A stretch of DNA of 57,521 nucleotides, the filler included, from Candidatus Hydrogenedentota bacterium (GTDB lineage Bacteria > JBFMHD01): the NCBI GenBank assembly GCA_040752395.1. It is 3 parts of 3 records of this genome, joined end to end, with 100 filler letters (N's around TTAATTAATTAA, not from the genome) between each part and the next. Parts side by side here need not be neighbours in the genome. Positions count along the whole stretch, not along the records: positions 31,102 to 44,434 come from JBFMHD010000062.1; 2 more parts are not named here. The stretch is one strand, 5' to 3'. Within the stretch, counting starts at the first letter, position 1; the number at the start of each line of letters is the position of its first letter. This document shows, piece by piece, positions 31,002-39,822 of this stretch. The notes beneath the pieces were generated by a model. The model was not told the origin of the DNA. It was given only the letters and a program-made list of their open reading frames with translations, and did not search any database. The position numbers were made by a program, and so were the translations under genes.

Positions 31002-31101
31002 NNNNNNNNNNNNNNNNNNNNNNNNNNNNNNNNNNNNNNNNNNNNTTAATTAATTAANNNNNNNNNNNNNNNNNNNNNNNNNNNNNNNNNNNNNNNNNNN
31101 N
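31002..31101. other. assembly gap with artificial all-frame-stop linker
   Basis: N44-TTAATTAATTAA-N44. Confidence 0.98.
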
Positions 31102-31230
31102 GATACAGGATAACAGGCTGACCACAATCTGTCAAGTTGTTTTTCTTGACCAATTGGAGATGTTTTATAGTTTTTCAAAAATTGCGAATTTTTGATTTTT
31201 TTATTTGACATCTATTATTACATCTCCTTA

Positions 31231-31344
31231 AGAAGTTAAAAGTTAAAAGTAAAGAAAGCAAAAATATACACTTCCTTGCCGTATCTTTCAATCTTTCAAT
31301 CTTTGTGCCTTTGTGCCTCTATGCTTCTTGCCTCTTGCTTCTAA
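31231..31344. repeat. modular 7/8-mer repeat patch
   Basis: AAGTTAA units; ATCTTTCA x2; CTTTGTGC x2; TCTTGCCTCTTGCTTCTAA is the exact reverse complement of 37740-37758. Confidence 0.85.
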
Positions 31345-31427
31345 TATATCATCTCTTTTAATATTCTAAGGTGGCAGTGCCACAAACCAAACTTCTATAT
31401 GATGGTTTTTGACGCAATGTAGTTAAG

Positions 31428-31940
31428 TTAAAATTCTGCACGAATTGCACAGATCTCACGATATAAGAACCTAATCGCTTCTTTTACTGCGCTATATCTG
31501 ATATACTCTCTATCTCCCTGGAATCGGAATCTTAGAGTTTTTACATTATCTGGTCCTGATACAGCTATCCATACTGTTCCGACAGGTTTAGTTTTAGTTC
31601 CACCCTTGGGTCCTGCGATACCTGTTATAGCAATACCCCAATCAGTATCAAGTATCTTTCTTACGTTACAAACCATCTGTTTTACAATTTCACAGGATAC
31701 CGCACCATAGGTTTTTAAATCTCTTTCTCTAACCTTAAGTATTTTTACCTTGATATCATCTGCATAAGAAATTATAGAGCCTTTAAAAACTTTAGAGGCA
31801 CCTGGTATATCAGTAATGAGTTTACTTACATAACCACCTGTGCAGGATTCTGCTATACTTAAAGTCTGTTTTCTTCTTTTTAATAAAGATAATATCTTTC
31901 TACAAAATATTTCTATCTCTTTTTTCTTTGATCTTCTCAT
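31428..31940 (-). CDS. cinA: CinA C-terminal domain / nicotinamide mononucleotide deamidase (PncC)
   Basis: AESCTGG, PGAS, GAVS, ITGIAGP.GG...KPVGTV. Confidence 0.92.
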   Translation of the reverse strand: MRRSKKKEIEIFCRKILSLLKRRKQTLSIAESCTGGYVSKLITDIPGASKVFKGSIISYADDIKVKILKVRERDLKTYGAVSCEIVKQMVCNVRKILDTDWGIAITGIAGPKGGTKTKPVGTVWIAVSGPDNVKTLRFRFQGDREYIRYSAVKEAIRFLYREICAIRAEF

Positions 31941-31956
31941 TTTTTATCCAGATTTT

Positions 31957-32130
31957 TTAGTAAACGCTGGCCATCATAAAGGCTGTCATCCCTGTATGAA
32001 CGGCTTCGCCATATTTACAAATAACGCATTTCATTTTTTCCTCTCACTCTGAATCCCTTGTCTAATTTTATAAAATCAGGTTTATAGACCGTAATAATTA
32101 TAGTTTGCCGTTCTTCCTTGTTTAACGCGG
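31957..32130 (-). pseudogene. remnant of DUF4258 toxin C-terminus plus truncated YgiT/MqsA-type zinc-finger antitoxin
   Basis: Minus strand ..NKEERQTIIITVYKPD..DKGFRVR overlaps MKCVICKYGE (ATG 32034), which stops after 25 aa. Confidence 0.65.
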
Positions 32131-32376
32131 TAGTTTTATATTATATCTCACTCATCGATTTTATGCAATATTATCCTACACCCCAATCTGGAAAGTATCC
32201 CGGACATCGTATACCCCTTAAAAAAGATAAAATGTATAAGTAAAAGTAACTTTAAGTTACTAAAGATATCTATAAGTAGAAAAGACATAGAAATAAAAGA
32301 AGAGGTTAAAAAGAGAGATGGGATCGGGCTCTTTGCTATTGCTTTCTTTATCCCTCTTTTTATTTACACAATTTTT

Positions 32377-32514
32377 CTATTGATATCCGCCGTGTGGCCG
32401 TGGATCAGATGATAATCACTCTATCTTTGAAATAGCAATATTTACTATGACGTTATCTATTCTCTCAATCTCTTTTCTTGCAGACCGGGCATAGGTGATT
32501 CTATACTTACCCAC
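32377..32514 (-). pseudogene. truncated RelE/ParE-family toxin
   Basis: GTG 32514: MGKYRITYARSARKEIERIDNVIVNIAISKIE*LSSDPRPHG; in-frame TGA at 32416-32418; C-terminal half missing; overlaps the antitoxin stop. Confidence 0.8.
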
Positions 32515-32698
32515 TCAATTTCCCCATTTTTCTCAATCTCTCTTTGACTGATTCATGAGATTCTCGAGGCTCGTGTTTTCTCATTAATGATATCATTCCA
32601 TCGTAAAAGTCTTCCCATAAATCCCCGTATCTCTTCAAATCTATTATTACTGCTCTTTTTTTGCCTTTTTCATCTACTACAAACTCTATCCCTTTCAT
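32507..32698 (-). CDS. small putative antitoxin paired with the relE remnant
   Basis: 63 aa, AAGGAG RBS, FVVDEKGKKRAVIIDL..ES...VKERL; coupled to the relE fragment. Confidence 0.75.
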   Translation of the reverse strand: MKGIEFVVDEKGKKRAVIIDLKRYGDLWEDFYDGMISLMRKHEPRESHESVKERLRKMGKLSG

Positions 32699-32854
32699 TT
32701 GTTATACTCCTTTCTTCTGTTTGTTAATAGTATACTCTATCTATTTAAAAAATCAATATCTTTTAATAATTTATTTTTGTAACCGTTCAGCCCAAAAGAG
32801 AGTTCTGAAAAACTCTTTTTATCGCATCTAAGCGTAAGCCTCTTAATCCACTCG

Positions 32855-32995
32855 TTGGTATTATCAAAATCAGTGTTGTCTCTGCACTTATACCTTGTAT
32901 ATCTGTAAATCTCAAATCAACCCCGTGTATCTCTATCTTATACAAAATTATTAGACATCAACTTTTTTGTGTGATTTCTGGTCATTTTCTTTCTT
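32855..32995 (-). mobile_element. possible highly degraded IS110-family transposase fragment
   Basis: Minus strand ..LYKIEIHGVDLRFTDIQGISAETTLILI resembles the IS110 linker/helix-hairpin segment (LYxIxGVDLTxIxGISxxT); stops and frameshifts present. Confidence 0.4.
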
Positions 32996-33020
32996 TAAGT
33001 CTGATGTCTGATATCTATGG

Positions 33021-34259
33021 TTATGGTCTACTGTCTGAATTGCAGAAGAGTGAACATAGAATTTCAAATTCATTTAATCTGATCTCCTCAGCTCCTTGAA
33101 GATATATTTTTGATGGATTGATACGATATACTTTATTCTTTGTTCTGCTTATTAAATTTTCAAGAGATTTTTTAAAAGAAAGATATTTATAATCCGTATC
33201 AGTCTTTTTAAAATTTAAAAAAGAAAATTTACTACTTGCTCTTAATATCTCTTCATAATGATATGTTCCCTTAGAATGACTTAAAATATCTTCCTCAAAA
33301 TCAACACCTGCTAAAAATATATCGCCTGATGATATATATGAGGCTAACGAAAAACAAAAGTGTATAACAGACCCGAAACTTTTAAGTGCTCCTTTTAAAT
33401 TTACTAACTCATTATTTTTCTGAGTATATAAATCGTCCTCAATAAAAGCAATAAACTTATCTCCTTTATGCATTCTTAGTATATTATGATTTACTCCTGG
33501 AGAAAATACCAGAGGTATACTGATATCTACCCCCTCAATCTGTTTTATCGTTTCTTTTTTAGGGTCAATGATACAGAAAAAATCAGGAATTATGCCCATT
33601 GAAATACAGGATTTTAAGGCAGTACCTGAGGAAATGATGATTAGTTTGTTATTATATTTTTTTAATATAGGTAATGATTCTATTAATGAGGGGCCAGCCC
33701 CGAGAACAGCAACTGGTTTATCTCTTCCTATTGTTTTTAATTTAACAACACCCGGGCTGCCATTAATAAATTTTGAATTTAAATCCAGATTATTCACAAA
33801 TATATCTTTATAGCTAATCCATGCTTTTATCTGTTCATTAATGTTATTTATAATTTCAAAATATGCGGGTCTATATTTCCTGATAATTTTTAAATAATTT
33901 GGTAAAATTACTGGTGTAACACGTACATCTGAAATAAGAGATTTATCAATATCATTTAACGGTATTATACCCCTTAAGATAGCATCTTTATATTCTTTTC
34001 GGTTTTTTACTAATTCCCGTATCTCTGCTATAAGCTCTAAAACATAAACAGGAGTCTTCATTCGATTTAATATTTCCTGTGGCACGTACATTAATCCTGA
34101 ACCGATAACAAGAAATGCCGAAGTATCAGTTAGTAGTTTATCCACAATCCTTTTCGCTTCTTTCATTGGGTCATAAAGACTGTGCAGTGGGATCCTCTCA
34201 TCTCCAACAACAATCGAATATAATTCAGTTTTGGTTTTAACTATCTCGGTATATATCAT
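33021..34259 (-). CDS. motility-associated factor (Maf/DUF115, MptE-like) flagellin glycosyltransferase-like protein
   Basis: LHSLYDPMKEA, VLGAGPSL, PDF...IDP, GSV, LAGVDF..HSKG; ATG 34259 preferred. Confidence 0.82.
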   Translation of the reverse strand: MIYTEIVKTKTELYSIVVGDERIPLHSLYDPMKEAKRIVDKLLTDTSAFLVIGSGLMYVPQEILNRMKTPVYVLELIAEIRELVKNRKEYKDAILRGIIPLNDIDKSLISDVRVTPVILPNYLKIIRKYRPAYFEIINNINEQIKAWISYKDIFVNNLDLNSKFINGSPGVVKLKTIGRDKPVAVLGAGPSLIESLPILKKYNNKLIIISSGTALKSCISMGIIPDFFCIIDPKKETIKQIEGVDISIPLVFSPGVNHNILRMHKGDKFIAFIEDDLYTQKNNELVNLKGALKSFGSVIHFCFSLASYISSGDIFLAGVDFEEDILSHSKGTYHYEEILRASSKFSFLNFKKTDTDYKYLSFKKSLENLISRTKNKVYRINPSKIYLQGAEEIRLNEFEILCSLFCNSDSRP

Positions 34260-34270
34260 AGCTGATAAGT

Positions 34271-34414
34271 ATTGCAAATTGCAAATTTATTTGCCTGCTA
34301 CGGGTCTTTTGACCCTCACTACTTAATTTTTGAATTTTTCAATTTTTTAAATCTTTCAATCTTTGTGCCTCTGCCTGCCTTCCGCGGCGGAGTGCGGTGC
34401 AGGCAGGTGCCTCT
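34271..34414. repeat. repeat patch with nested CCTGCCT..AGGCAGG hairpin
   Basis: ATTGCAA x2; GGGTC-TTTT-GACCC; AATCTTTCAATCTTTGTGCCTCT (also at 37713); CCTGCCT (34374)..AGGCAGG (34401) flanked by TGCCTCT. Confidence 0.8.
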
Positions 34415-34514
34415 TATTTATACAGCAATCAATAAATAGAAAGTCTAAAAGATATTATAAAAATTTTTTCTTTACAAATTAAATTTTTAATTAATAATCC
34501 TGGTATGAGTTGAT

Positions 34515-35114
34515 ATGAGTGTAATAAAATTACCAGAGATAAAAGAATTTACTATAGATTTTATTCGGCTTTTAAAAAACAGAGAATCAAGAAGGGAATA
34601 TCCAAAAGAACACCTGAGCCTGGATGAGGTATCATATCTACTTTTTTCTTGTTATGGTAAAAGTAATAAGTATTATGTTGTTCCGAGTGCGGGTGCGCTC
34701 TTCCCATTAAATATTTATCTATTATCTTCAGAGGTAAAAGATTTAGATCCCTGTCTTTATTTATATGATAATAATAAACATAGTTTAATACTCAAAATAG
34801 ACAGAGATTTGAAAAATGACATCTATAATGCAGCCCTGGCTCAGGATTGTATCAAAGCATCAAAAGCAATTATCTTCATAACAGCTGTATGGCATAGAAT
34901 AACCTCGCGATATGGTCAGCGAGGTGTACGTTATACCTATATGGAAGCGGGTCACTCAGGCCAGAATATTTATTTAATGGCTGAAGCACTTGGGCTTGGC
35001 ACTGTTGCTATTGGTGCTTTTGCTGATGAAGAGATAGATAAAATATTGAATCTCGATAAAACCAGAGAAAATTGTATCTATTTCTTTCCTGTTGGCCGTA
35101 CAAAAAAAAATTAA
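34515..35114 (+). CDS. SagB/ThcOx-family nitroreductase-fold dehydrogenase
   Basis: RESRREY, PSAGALFPL, RYGQRG.RY...EAGH.GQN, GLG...IGAF.D. Confidence 0.9.
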   Translation: MSVIKLPEIKEFTIDFIRLLKNRESRREYPKEHLSLDEVSYLLFSCYGKSNKYYVVPSAGALFPLNIYLLSSEVKDLDPCLYLYDNNKHSLILKIDRDLKNDIYNAALAQDCIKASKAIIFITAVWHRITSRYGQRGVRYTYMEAGHSGQNIYLMAEALGLGTVAIGAFADEEIDKILNLDKTRENCIYFFPVGRTKKN

Positions 35115-35166
35115 AATTTTTCTTGCCAAAAATAGGCAAATTTATTCAATTATAGACCGATTTAAA

Positions 35167-35186
35167 TTGCCACTCTTGTGGCAATC
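35167..35186 (+). promoter_or_regulatory. hairpin/palindrome in the HU leader
   Basis: ATTGCCAC-TCTT-GTGGCAAT just before the GGAGG RBS. Confidence 0.45.
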
Positions 35187-35210
35187 ACAAAATAGGAGGA
35201 TATAAACACT

Positions 35211-35501
35211 ATGGCTAAAATGACAAAAGCAGAACTTGTGGGACTTATTCAGAAAAACCTTAAGTCAGAAACCAAGAAAGCAGCAAGAGACGCTCTTTGT
35301 GCCGTGGTCGACGCAATCACCCAGGGTGTAAAGAAAACAAAAAAAGTTTCTATCCCTGAACTTGGTATCTTTGAAATCAAAGAGAGAAAAGCAAGGGTTG
35401 GCCGTAATCCTGCAACCGGTGAACAAATCCAGATCCCGGCTAAAACAGTTGTCAAGATTCGTGCATCAAAGGCTTTCAAACTCGCTGTACTGGGTAAGTA
35501 A
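35211..35501 (+). CDS. hup: histone-like DNA-binding protein HU
   Basis: MTKAEL, LGIF...ERKARVGRNPATGE.I.IPA. Confidence 0.95.
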   Translation: MAKMTKAELVGLIQKNLKSETKKAARDALCAVVDAITQGVKKTKKVSIPELGIFEIKERKARVGRNPATGEQIQIPAKTVVKIRASKAFKLAVLGK

Positions 35502-35723
35502 TTACTGATAGGTAAATTATCGGGGGGTTCTAAAAAATATCCCATCAGAACCTGTGAAAAAATTGTAGTAAGCGCGTTTAGGTGCGTCTTTAAGAAAAGG
35601 TATTTATATTATTTTTAACAGATTATTGAAATGGCTCTTTTGACCATTACTACTTTAATCGTTCTCAGTTATAGATAGAGTTAAGAAACGAGATAATAGA
35701 AGAGTGGTAAAAAAAGGTATGCG

Positions 35724-36185
35724 ATGTGTGGGTGTAGATTAAATAGGCTACAAAAAAAGATTCTTCAATTACTTAATGATGAATTGGAATTAACACCCAG
35801 GCCATTTGATAGATATGCGTCTATTTTAAAGATAAAACCCGCAATATTTATAAAAAATATTAGAGAATTAGTAAAAAAGGGATATATTAGAAGAATTGGT
35901 TTTGTTATTCAACATCAAAAGTCAGGTTATAAATATAATGCTATGCTTGTTTTTAGAATATCGCAAAAAAATATTGATAAAACAGGTAAAATACTATCAA
36001 AATATCATTTCGTAACACACTGTTACCAAAGAAGGACTACAAAAGATTGGCCGTATAACCTCTATGCGATGTTACATAGCAGGACAAAAAAAGGGTTTAG
36101 AGAAATGGTTGATATGATATTAAAAAAAATTAGCTATGAAGAATACAAACTTCTTGTCACAAAAAAGGATCTAAAAATTTTATGA
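35724..36185 (+). CDS. ahbB: siroheme decarboxylase subunit (AhbB/NirH-like, Lrp/AsnC fold)
   Basis: RPF, GYIRRIG, NAMLVF, VTHCYQR, WPYNLYAMLH. Confidence 0.75.
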   Translation: MCGCRLNRLQKKILQLLNDELELTPRPFDRYASILKIKPAIFIKNIRELVKKGYIRRIGFVIQHQKSGYKYNAMLVFRISQKNIDKTGKILSKYHFVTHCYQRRTTKDWPYNLYAMLHSRTKKGFREMVDMILKKISYEEYKLLVTKKDLKIL

Positions 36186-36279
36186 AGCCATCCAGACAAA
36201 AATATGATGTAAAACAGATATTTAAAATTTCAAGAGTATTATGAGCTCAAGTTTAACTAAGATCAAGAGTTGTAAAATG

Positions 36280-36364
36280 AAATTCCAAGCACTGAATCCT
36301 GAATTCTAAACAAATTCAAAATTCGAATGATATAAATCAAAAACGAGTTGTTTTGAATTTGGGG
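36280..36364. repeat. degenerate heptamer element between ahbB and hemL
   Basis: AATTCCA/AGCACTG/AATCCTG/AATTCTA..AATTCAA/AATTCGA then complementary TTTTGAATTTG. Confidence 0.6.
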
Positions 36365-36378
36365 TAAAATCCAGTATT

Positions 36379-37689
36379 ATGAGAGAGTTAAAGAAATCTG
36401 AACGTATTTTTGTTCAATCTACTGAATCCTTCCCTGGTGGTGTAAATTCGCCTGTTCGGTCGTTTAATGCTGTAAAATCCATGCCACCGGTTATCTATAA
36501 AGCTAAAGGACCCTATGTTTATGATGTAGATGGAAATAAATATATTGATTATGTCTGTTCATTTGGACCAATGATACTTGGGCATCTTGATAAATCAGTT
36601 GTTAAAAGTATTAATAAAATACTATTAAAAGGAATGAGTTTTGGAGCTATAACACCTTATGAACTTGAGCTTGCTAAATTAGTAAGAGAGGCTTTCCCTT
36701 CAATGGAAAGAATGAGATTCGTAAATTCAGGTACAGAAGCCACTATGTCAGCTATCAGACTTGCACGTGGTTATACAGGTAAAGACTATATAATTAAATT
36801 TGAAGGGTGTTATCATGGTCACAGTGACAGCCTTCTTGTTAAAGCAGGTTCAGGCTCGATGACTTTTAGTATACCATCGAGTCATGGTGTGCCATTTGAT
36901 CTTGCCAGATACACACTCACAGCTCAGTTTAATGATATCTCAAGTGTCGAAAGATTGTTTCATCAATTTAAAAATAAAATTGCATGTATTATCGTTGAGC
37001 CGATCCCTGCTAATATGGGTGTTATTAAACCTGATATAAATTTTCTGGTATTTCTTAGACAGATTACAAAAGAGAACAAATCTTTATTAATCTTTGATGA
37101 GGTCATTACAGGTTTCAGACTCTGCTTTGGCGGCGCACAAAAATTCTATAAGATCGAGCCTGATATTACAACCCTCGGTAAAATACTTGGAGGCGGTCTA
37201 CCGATAGGATGTTATGGTGGTAAAAAATATATTATGGAAAAAATCGCGCCAGAAGGACCAGTCTATCAGGCAGGAACATTATCAGGGAACCCGATAGTAA
37301 TGGCTTCTGGTATTGCTACGCTTACAAAACTTAAAGATAAAAAAATATATAAAATTCTTGAAAGCCGGGGAAGATTACTTGAAAAAAATATTATAAAAAC
37401 CTGTAAAAGATACAGGATACCTGTATCTTTTAACAGGGTTGGGTCTCTCTTTACACTATTTTTTAATGATAGACCTGTTATTGATTATAAGACAGCTTTA
37501 AAATCAGATACAAATCTTTATGCTGAATTTTTTAGAATGCTGCTTAAGAAAGGGGTTTATTTAGCTCCGAGTCAATTTGAAGCAGGGTTCATTTCCCTGG
37601 CACATACCGACTCTATTATTAACAAAACCTGTAAAATATTCAATGAAGTTATTTTGATTCTTAATTCTAAATTACAAGTTGCCAATTAA
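36379..37689 (+). CDS. hemL: glutamate-1-semialdehyde 2,1-aminomutase
   Basis: PGGVNSPVR, NSGTEATM, FEGCYHGH, FDEVITGFR, GKILGGGLP, YQAGTLSGNP, APSQFE. Confidence 0.97.
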   Translation: MRELKKSERIFVQSTESFPGGVNSPVRSFNAVKSMPPVIYKAKGPYVYDVDGNKYIDYVCSFGPMILGHLDKSVVKSINKILLKGMSFGAITPYELELAKLVREAFPSMERMRFVNSGTEATMSAIRLARGYTGKDYIIKFEGCYHGHSDSLLVKAGSGSMTFSIPSSHGVPFDLARYTLTAQFNDISSVERLFHQFKNKIACIIVEPIPANMGVIKPDINFLVFLRQITKENKSLLIFDEVITGFRLCFGGAQKFYKIEPDITTLGKILGGGLPIGCYGGKKYIMEKIAPEGPVYQAGTLSGNPIVMASGIATLTKLKDKKIYKILESRGRLLEKNIIKTCKRYRIPVSFNRVGSLFTLFFNDRPVIDYKTALKSDTNLYAEFFRMLLKKGVYLAPSQFEAGFISLAHTDSIINKTCKIFNEVILILNSKLQVAN

Positions 37690-37711
37690 TAATTCTTACT
37701 TTTTGCCTCCC

Positions 37712-37762
37712 CAATCTTTCAATCTTTGTGCCTCTTTATTTAGAAGCAAGAGGCAAGATAAC
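37712..37762. repeat. modular repeat patch upstream of the MNT gene
   Basis: CAATCTTTCAATCTTTGTGCCTCT plus TAGAAGCAAGAGGCAAGATAAC (one mismatch to 44295-44316). Confidence 0.85.
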
Positions 37763-37815
37763 GAAAAACTTCACCTCAACTGCCTGAAGGAACTTTCAGC
37801 AATAAGGAAGAAAAT

Positions 37816-38094
37816 ATGGATAGAAAAGATGAGTTAAAGGAATTGGCTTATAAGATTGCACGACTCCTTCGAGAAAAATACAAAGTTACTAAGGTTTTCC
37901 TTATTGGCTCACTGGTAACAGGACTTGTGCACGAAAGGTCAGATATAGATATTGTCGTAGAAGGGTTGGCACCTGAACTTTATATAAAGGCATTAACAGA
38001 GGCGTATGATATTCTCCCGGGCGAAGTTGAGCTAAATTTAGTCCCATTTGAAGATGCCTTCCCTTCATTGAAAGAAAAGACATTACGTGACTAA
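37816..38094 (+). CDS. minimal nucleotidyltransferase (MNT) antitoxin, possibly clipped at the C-terminus, no HEPN partner
   Basis: LIGSL...SDIDIVV motif; ends KTLRD; next gene is convergent. Confidence 0.85.
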   Translation: MDRKDELKELAYKIARLLREKYKVTKVFLIGSLVTGLVHERSDIDIVVEGLAPELYIKALTEAYDILPGEVELNLVPFEDAFPSLKEKTLRD

Positions 38095-38152
38095 ACTGAG
38101 ATTGTTATAAAATAGTGAATTTTACAATTCAAGATGCGTAGAATGTCGCCTA

Positions 38153-39565
38153 TCAGTATCCTTCAGCTAATACCTGCATAAAAACGTCTACTACTTTAGG
38201 GTCGAACTGGGTACCAGAATTCTTTTGTATCTCGTATACAGCTTCTTCACGTGTCATAATAGTTGTTCTATAAGGTCTTGTAGAAATTATTGCTTGAAAC
38301 GCATCACAGACCGAAAGTATCCTTGAGAGTAGCGGTATTTTCTCGCCTGCTACTTTGTTAGGATAACCGCTGCCATCAAAATGCTCATGGTGATGTTCTA
38401 CAACATCAAGAATTTTTTTACGTAACTCAGCTTTCTGAATTATCTCGATTGATAATAACGGATGTGTTTGAATGCTCTTTATTTCGATATCAGTCAATGG
38501 TGATTCTTTATGCAAAATACTATCCGGGATACCGAGTTCACCTATATCATGGAGATATGCGGCCAGTGTAAGAATATATTTATCTTCAACTGAGAGCCCG
38601 AGTCTATCAGCGATCTTTAATGCAAGTTTTTCAACACCTTCAGCATGACCACGCGTGTACGGGTGCCAGATCTCCCAGATGTCTGCCAGAGCTTTTACTG
38701 ATTTTTTATAGTGTTCCCGTAATATCTCATATTCCTGAAATAGTCTGTAACAGACCCCGATCTCTTTACCAAATGAGATAAGAAAATTTTTAATTGGAAG
38801 AGGTATCGAAGTTTCATCAACTATCAATAATGTTACAAATCCTATAAAACTTTTTTCAAAAACAACAGGTATCCAGATTGAAATATTATAATCCTTAAAA
38901 ACAGGTAAGAAATTGTGCTCTATTTTTTTTCTATAATTTATTATAATATCTTCTTTATTTGATAGCGCTTCTATGAAATCAGGTGGCGGGATAAAAGGTA
39001 ATGGTTTGTCTTTGTATGCCACCCACCATACAGGGTCTAATTTTTCTTTATCATACAGATAAATAATCAATTCATCAACCTTAAGAACAGATTCTAATTT
39101 GTGTTTAATAGTTTCGTAGAAAAGATTAATATTACAAAAGATAGCCGGGTTTTTTGATATCTCCTGGGAAAATGATAAAGTTGTTGCTTCTTTAATCTCA
39201 AAAAGAGCATCAACAAAAGTTTTGCGTTTTGTTACTATTTCTTCATCAAGACTGCGCAAATCCTTTAATCGCGAGAGAGCCTGTTTATAAGATTGCGTAA
39301 TATTATCTGTTTCAGTTGAACCTGTATTAGCAACAGCTTCAAACTCGCCTTTCTCAATATTTTTTATGTTTTCTTCAAGTGCCCTGACAGGTTTGACAAA
39401 ATGTTTTACAATATAAATAGCTATAAAACCTGATAAAGCAACACCCACAAATATTAATCCAAGTCTCACGTAGGAATTCTCTGAAAAAGTAAGGGATAAT
39501 AAAGAGAAAGAAACAGTAAAGATTGTAAATAGAAAGACTATGATAAAGATTATTTTTATCTTCAT
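38153..39565 (-). CDS. membrane HAMP/GAF-like/HD-GYP cyclic dinucleotide phosphodiesterase
   Basis: Two TMs, HAMP (KPVRAL..IEKGEF), YTRGH, HDIG, HHEHFDGSGYP, SGTQFDP; ATG 39565 with GGAGG RBS. Confidence 0.9.
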   Translation of the reverse strand: MKIKIIFIIVFLFTIFTVSFSLLSLTFSENSYVRLGLIFVGVALSGFIAIYIVKHFVKPVRALEENIKNIEKGEFEAVANTGSTETDNITQSYKQALSRLKDLRSLDEEIVTKRKTFVDALFEIKEATTLSFSQEISKNPAIFCNINLFYETIKHKLESVLKVDELIIYLYDKEKLDPVWWVAYKDKPLPFIPPPDFIEALSNKEDIIINYRKKIEHNFLPVFKDYNISIWIPVVFEKSFIGFVTLLIVDETSIPLPIKNFLISFGKEIGVCYRLFQEYEILREHYKKSVKALADIWEIWHPYTRGHAEGVEKLALKIADRLGLSVEDKYILTLAAYLHDIGELGIPDSILHKESPLTDIEIKSIQTHPLLSIEIIQKAELRKKILDVVEHHHEHFDGSGYPNKVAGEKIPLLSRILSVCDAFQAIISTRPYRTTIMTREEAVYEIQKNSGTQFDPKVVDVFMQVLAEGY

Positions 39566-39612
39566 ACAATGTAAACCTCCTTCCTCGAAAAACATTGTTA
39601 ACTTTAATAATT

Positions 39613-39707
39613 CGGGCTACAGGCTACGGACTACAGCCGGCTGGAGCCCGAAGCCTGAAGCCAACATATCATCTTTAGTTTTTCATCCTTTGTGCCTTTG
39701 TGCCTCT
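39613..39707 (-). repeat. composite palindromic heptamer element
   Basis: (CAGGCTA/CGGACTA) arm, CAGCCGGCTG centre, (AGCCCGA/AGCCTGA) arm; 22-nt core ATGAAAAACTAAAGATGATATG at 39665-39686 (minus); CTTTGTGC x2. Confidence 0.9.
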
Positions 39708-39822
39708 TTTCCTCCCCTTTAAAGTGTCTCACGTTTCAGGGGAGCAGTATATTTGGTATTCCAAAACTCTAATGCCATACGAAAGATGCTCATAAGTTTG
39801 TTCTTAAGTAATGAGTGTTTTT

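Noticed and set aside
31002-31101. TTAATTAATTAA palindrome inside N runs (also 44435-44534)
   Set aside because: Artificial contig linker with stops in all frames; not biological
32280-32340. IEIKEEVKKRDGIGLFA as another MNT remnant
   Set aside because: Similarity too short and weak to support
32416-32418. In-frame TGA in relE as selenocysteine or alternative genetic code
   Set aside because: TGA terminates many intact genes here, and the gene is also truncated downstream
34515-35114. SagB-like gene as a sign of a thiazole/oxazole RiPP cluster
   Set aside because: No YcaO, E1-like protein or precursor nearby; stand-alone members are common
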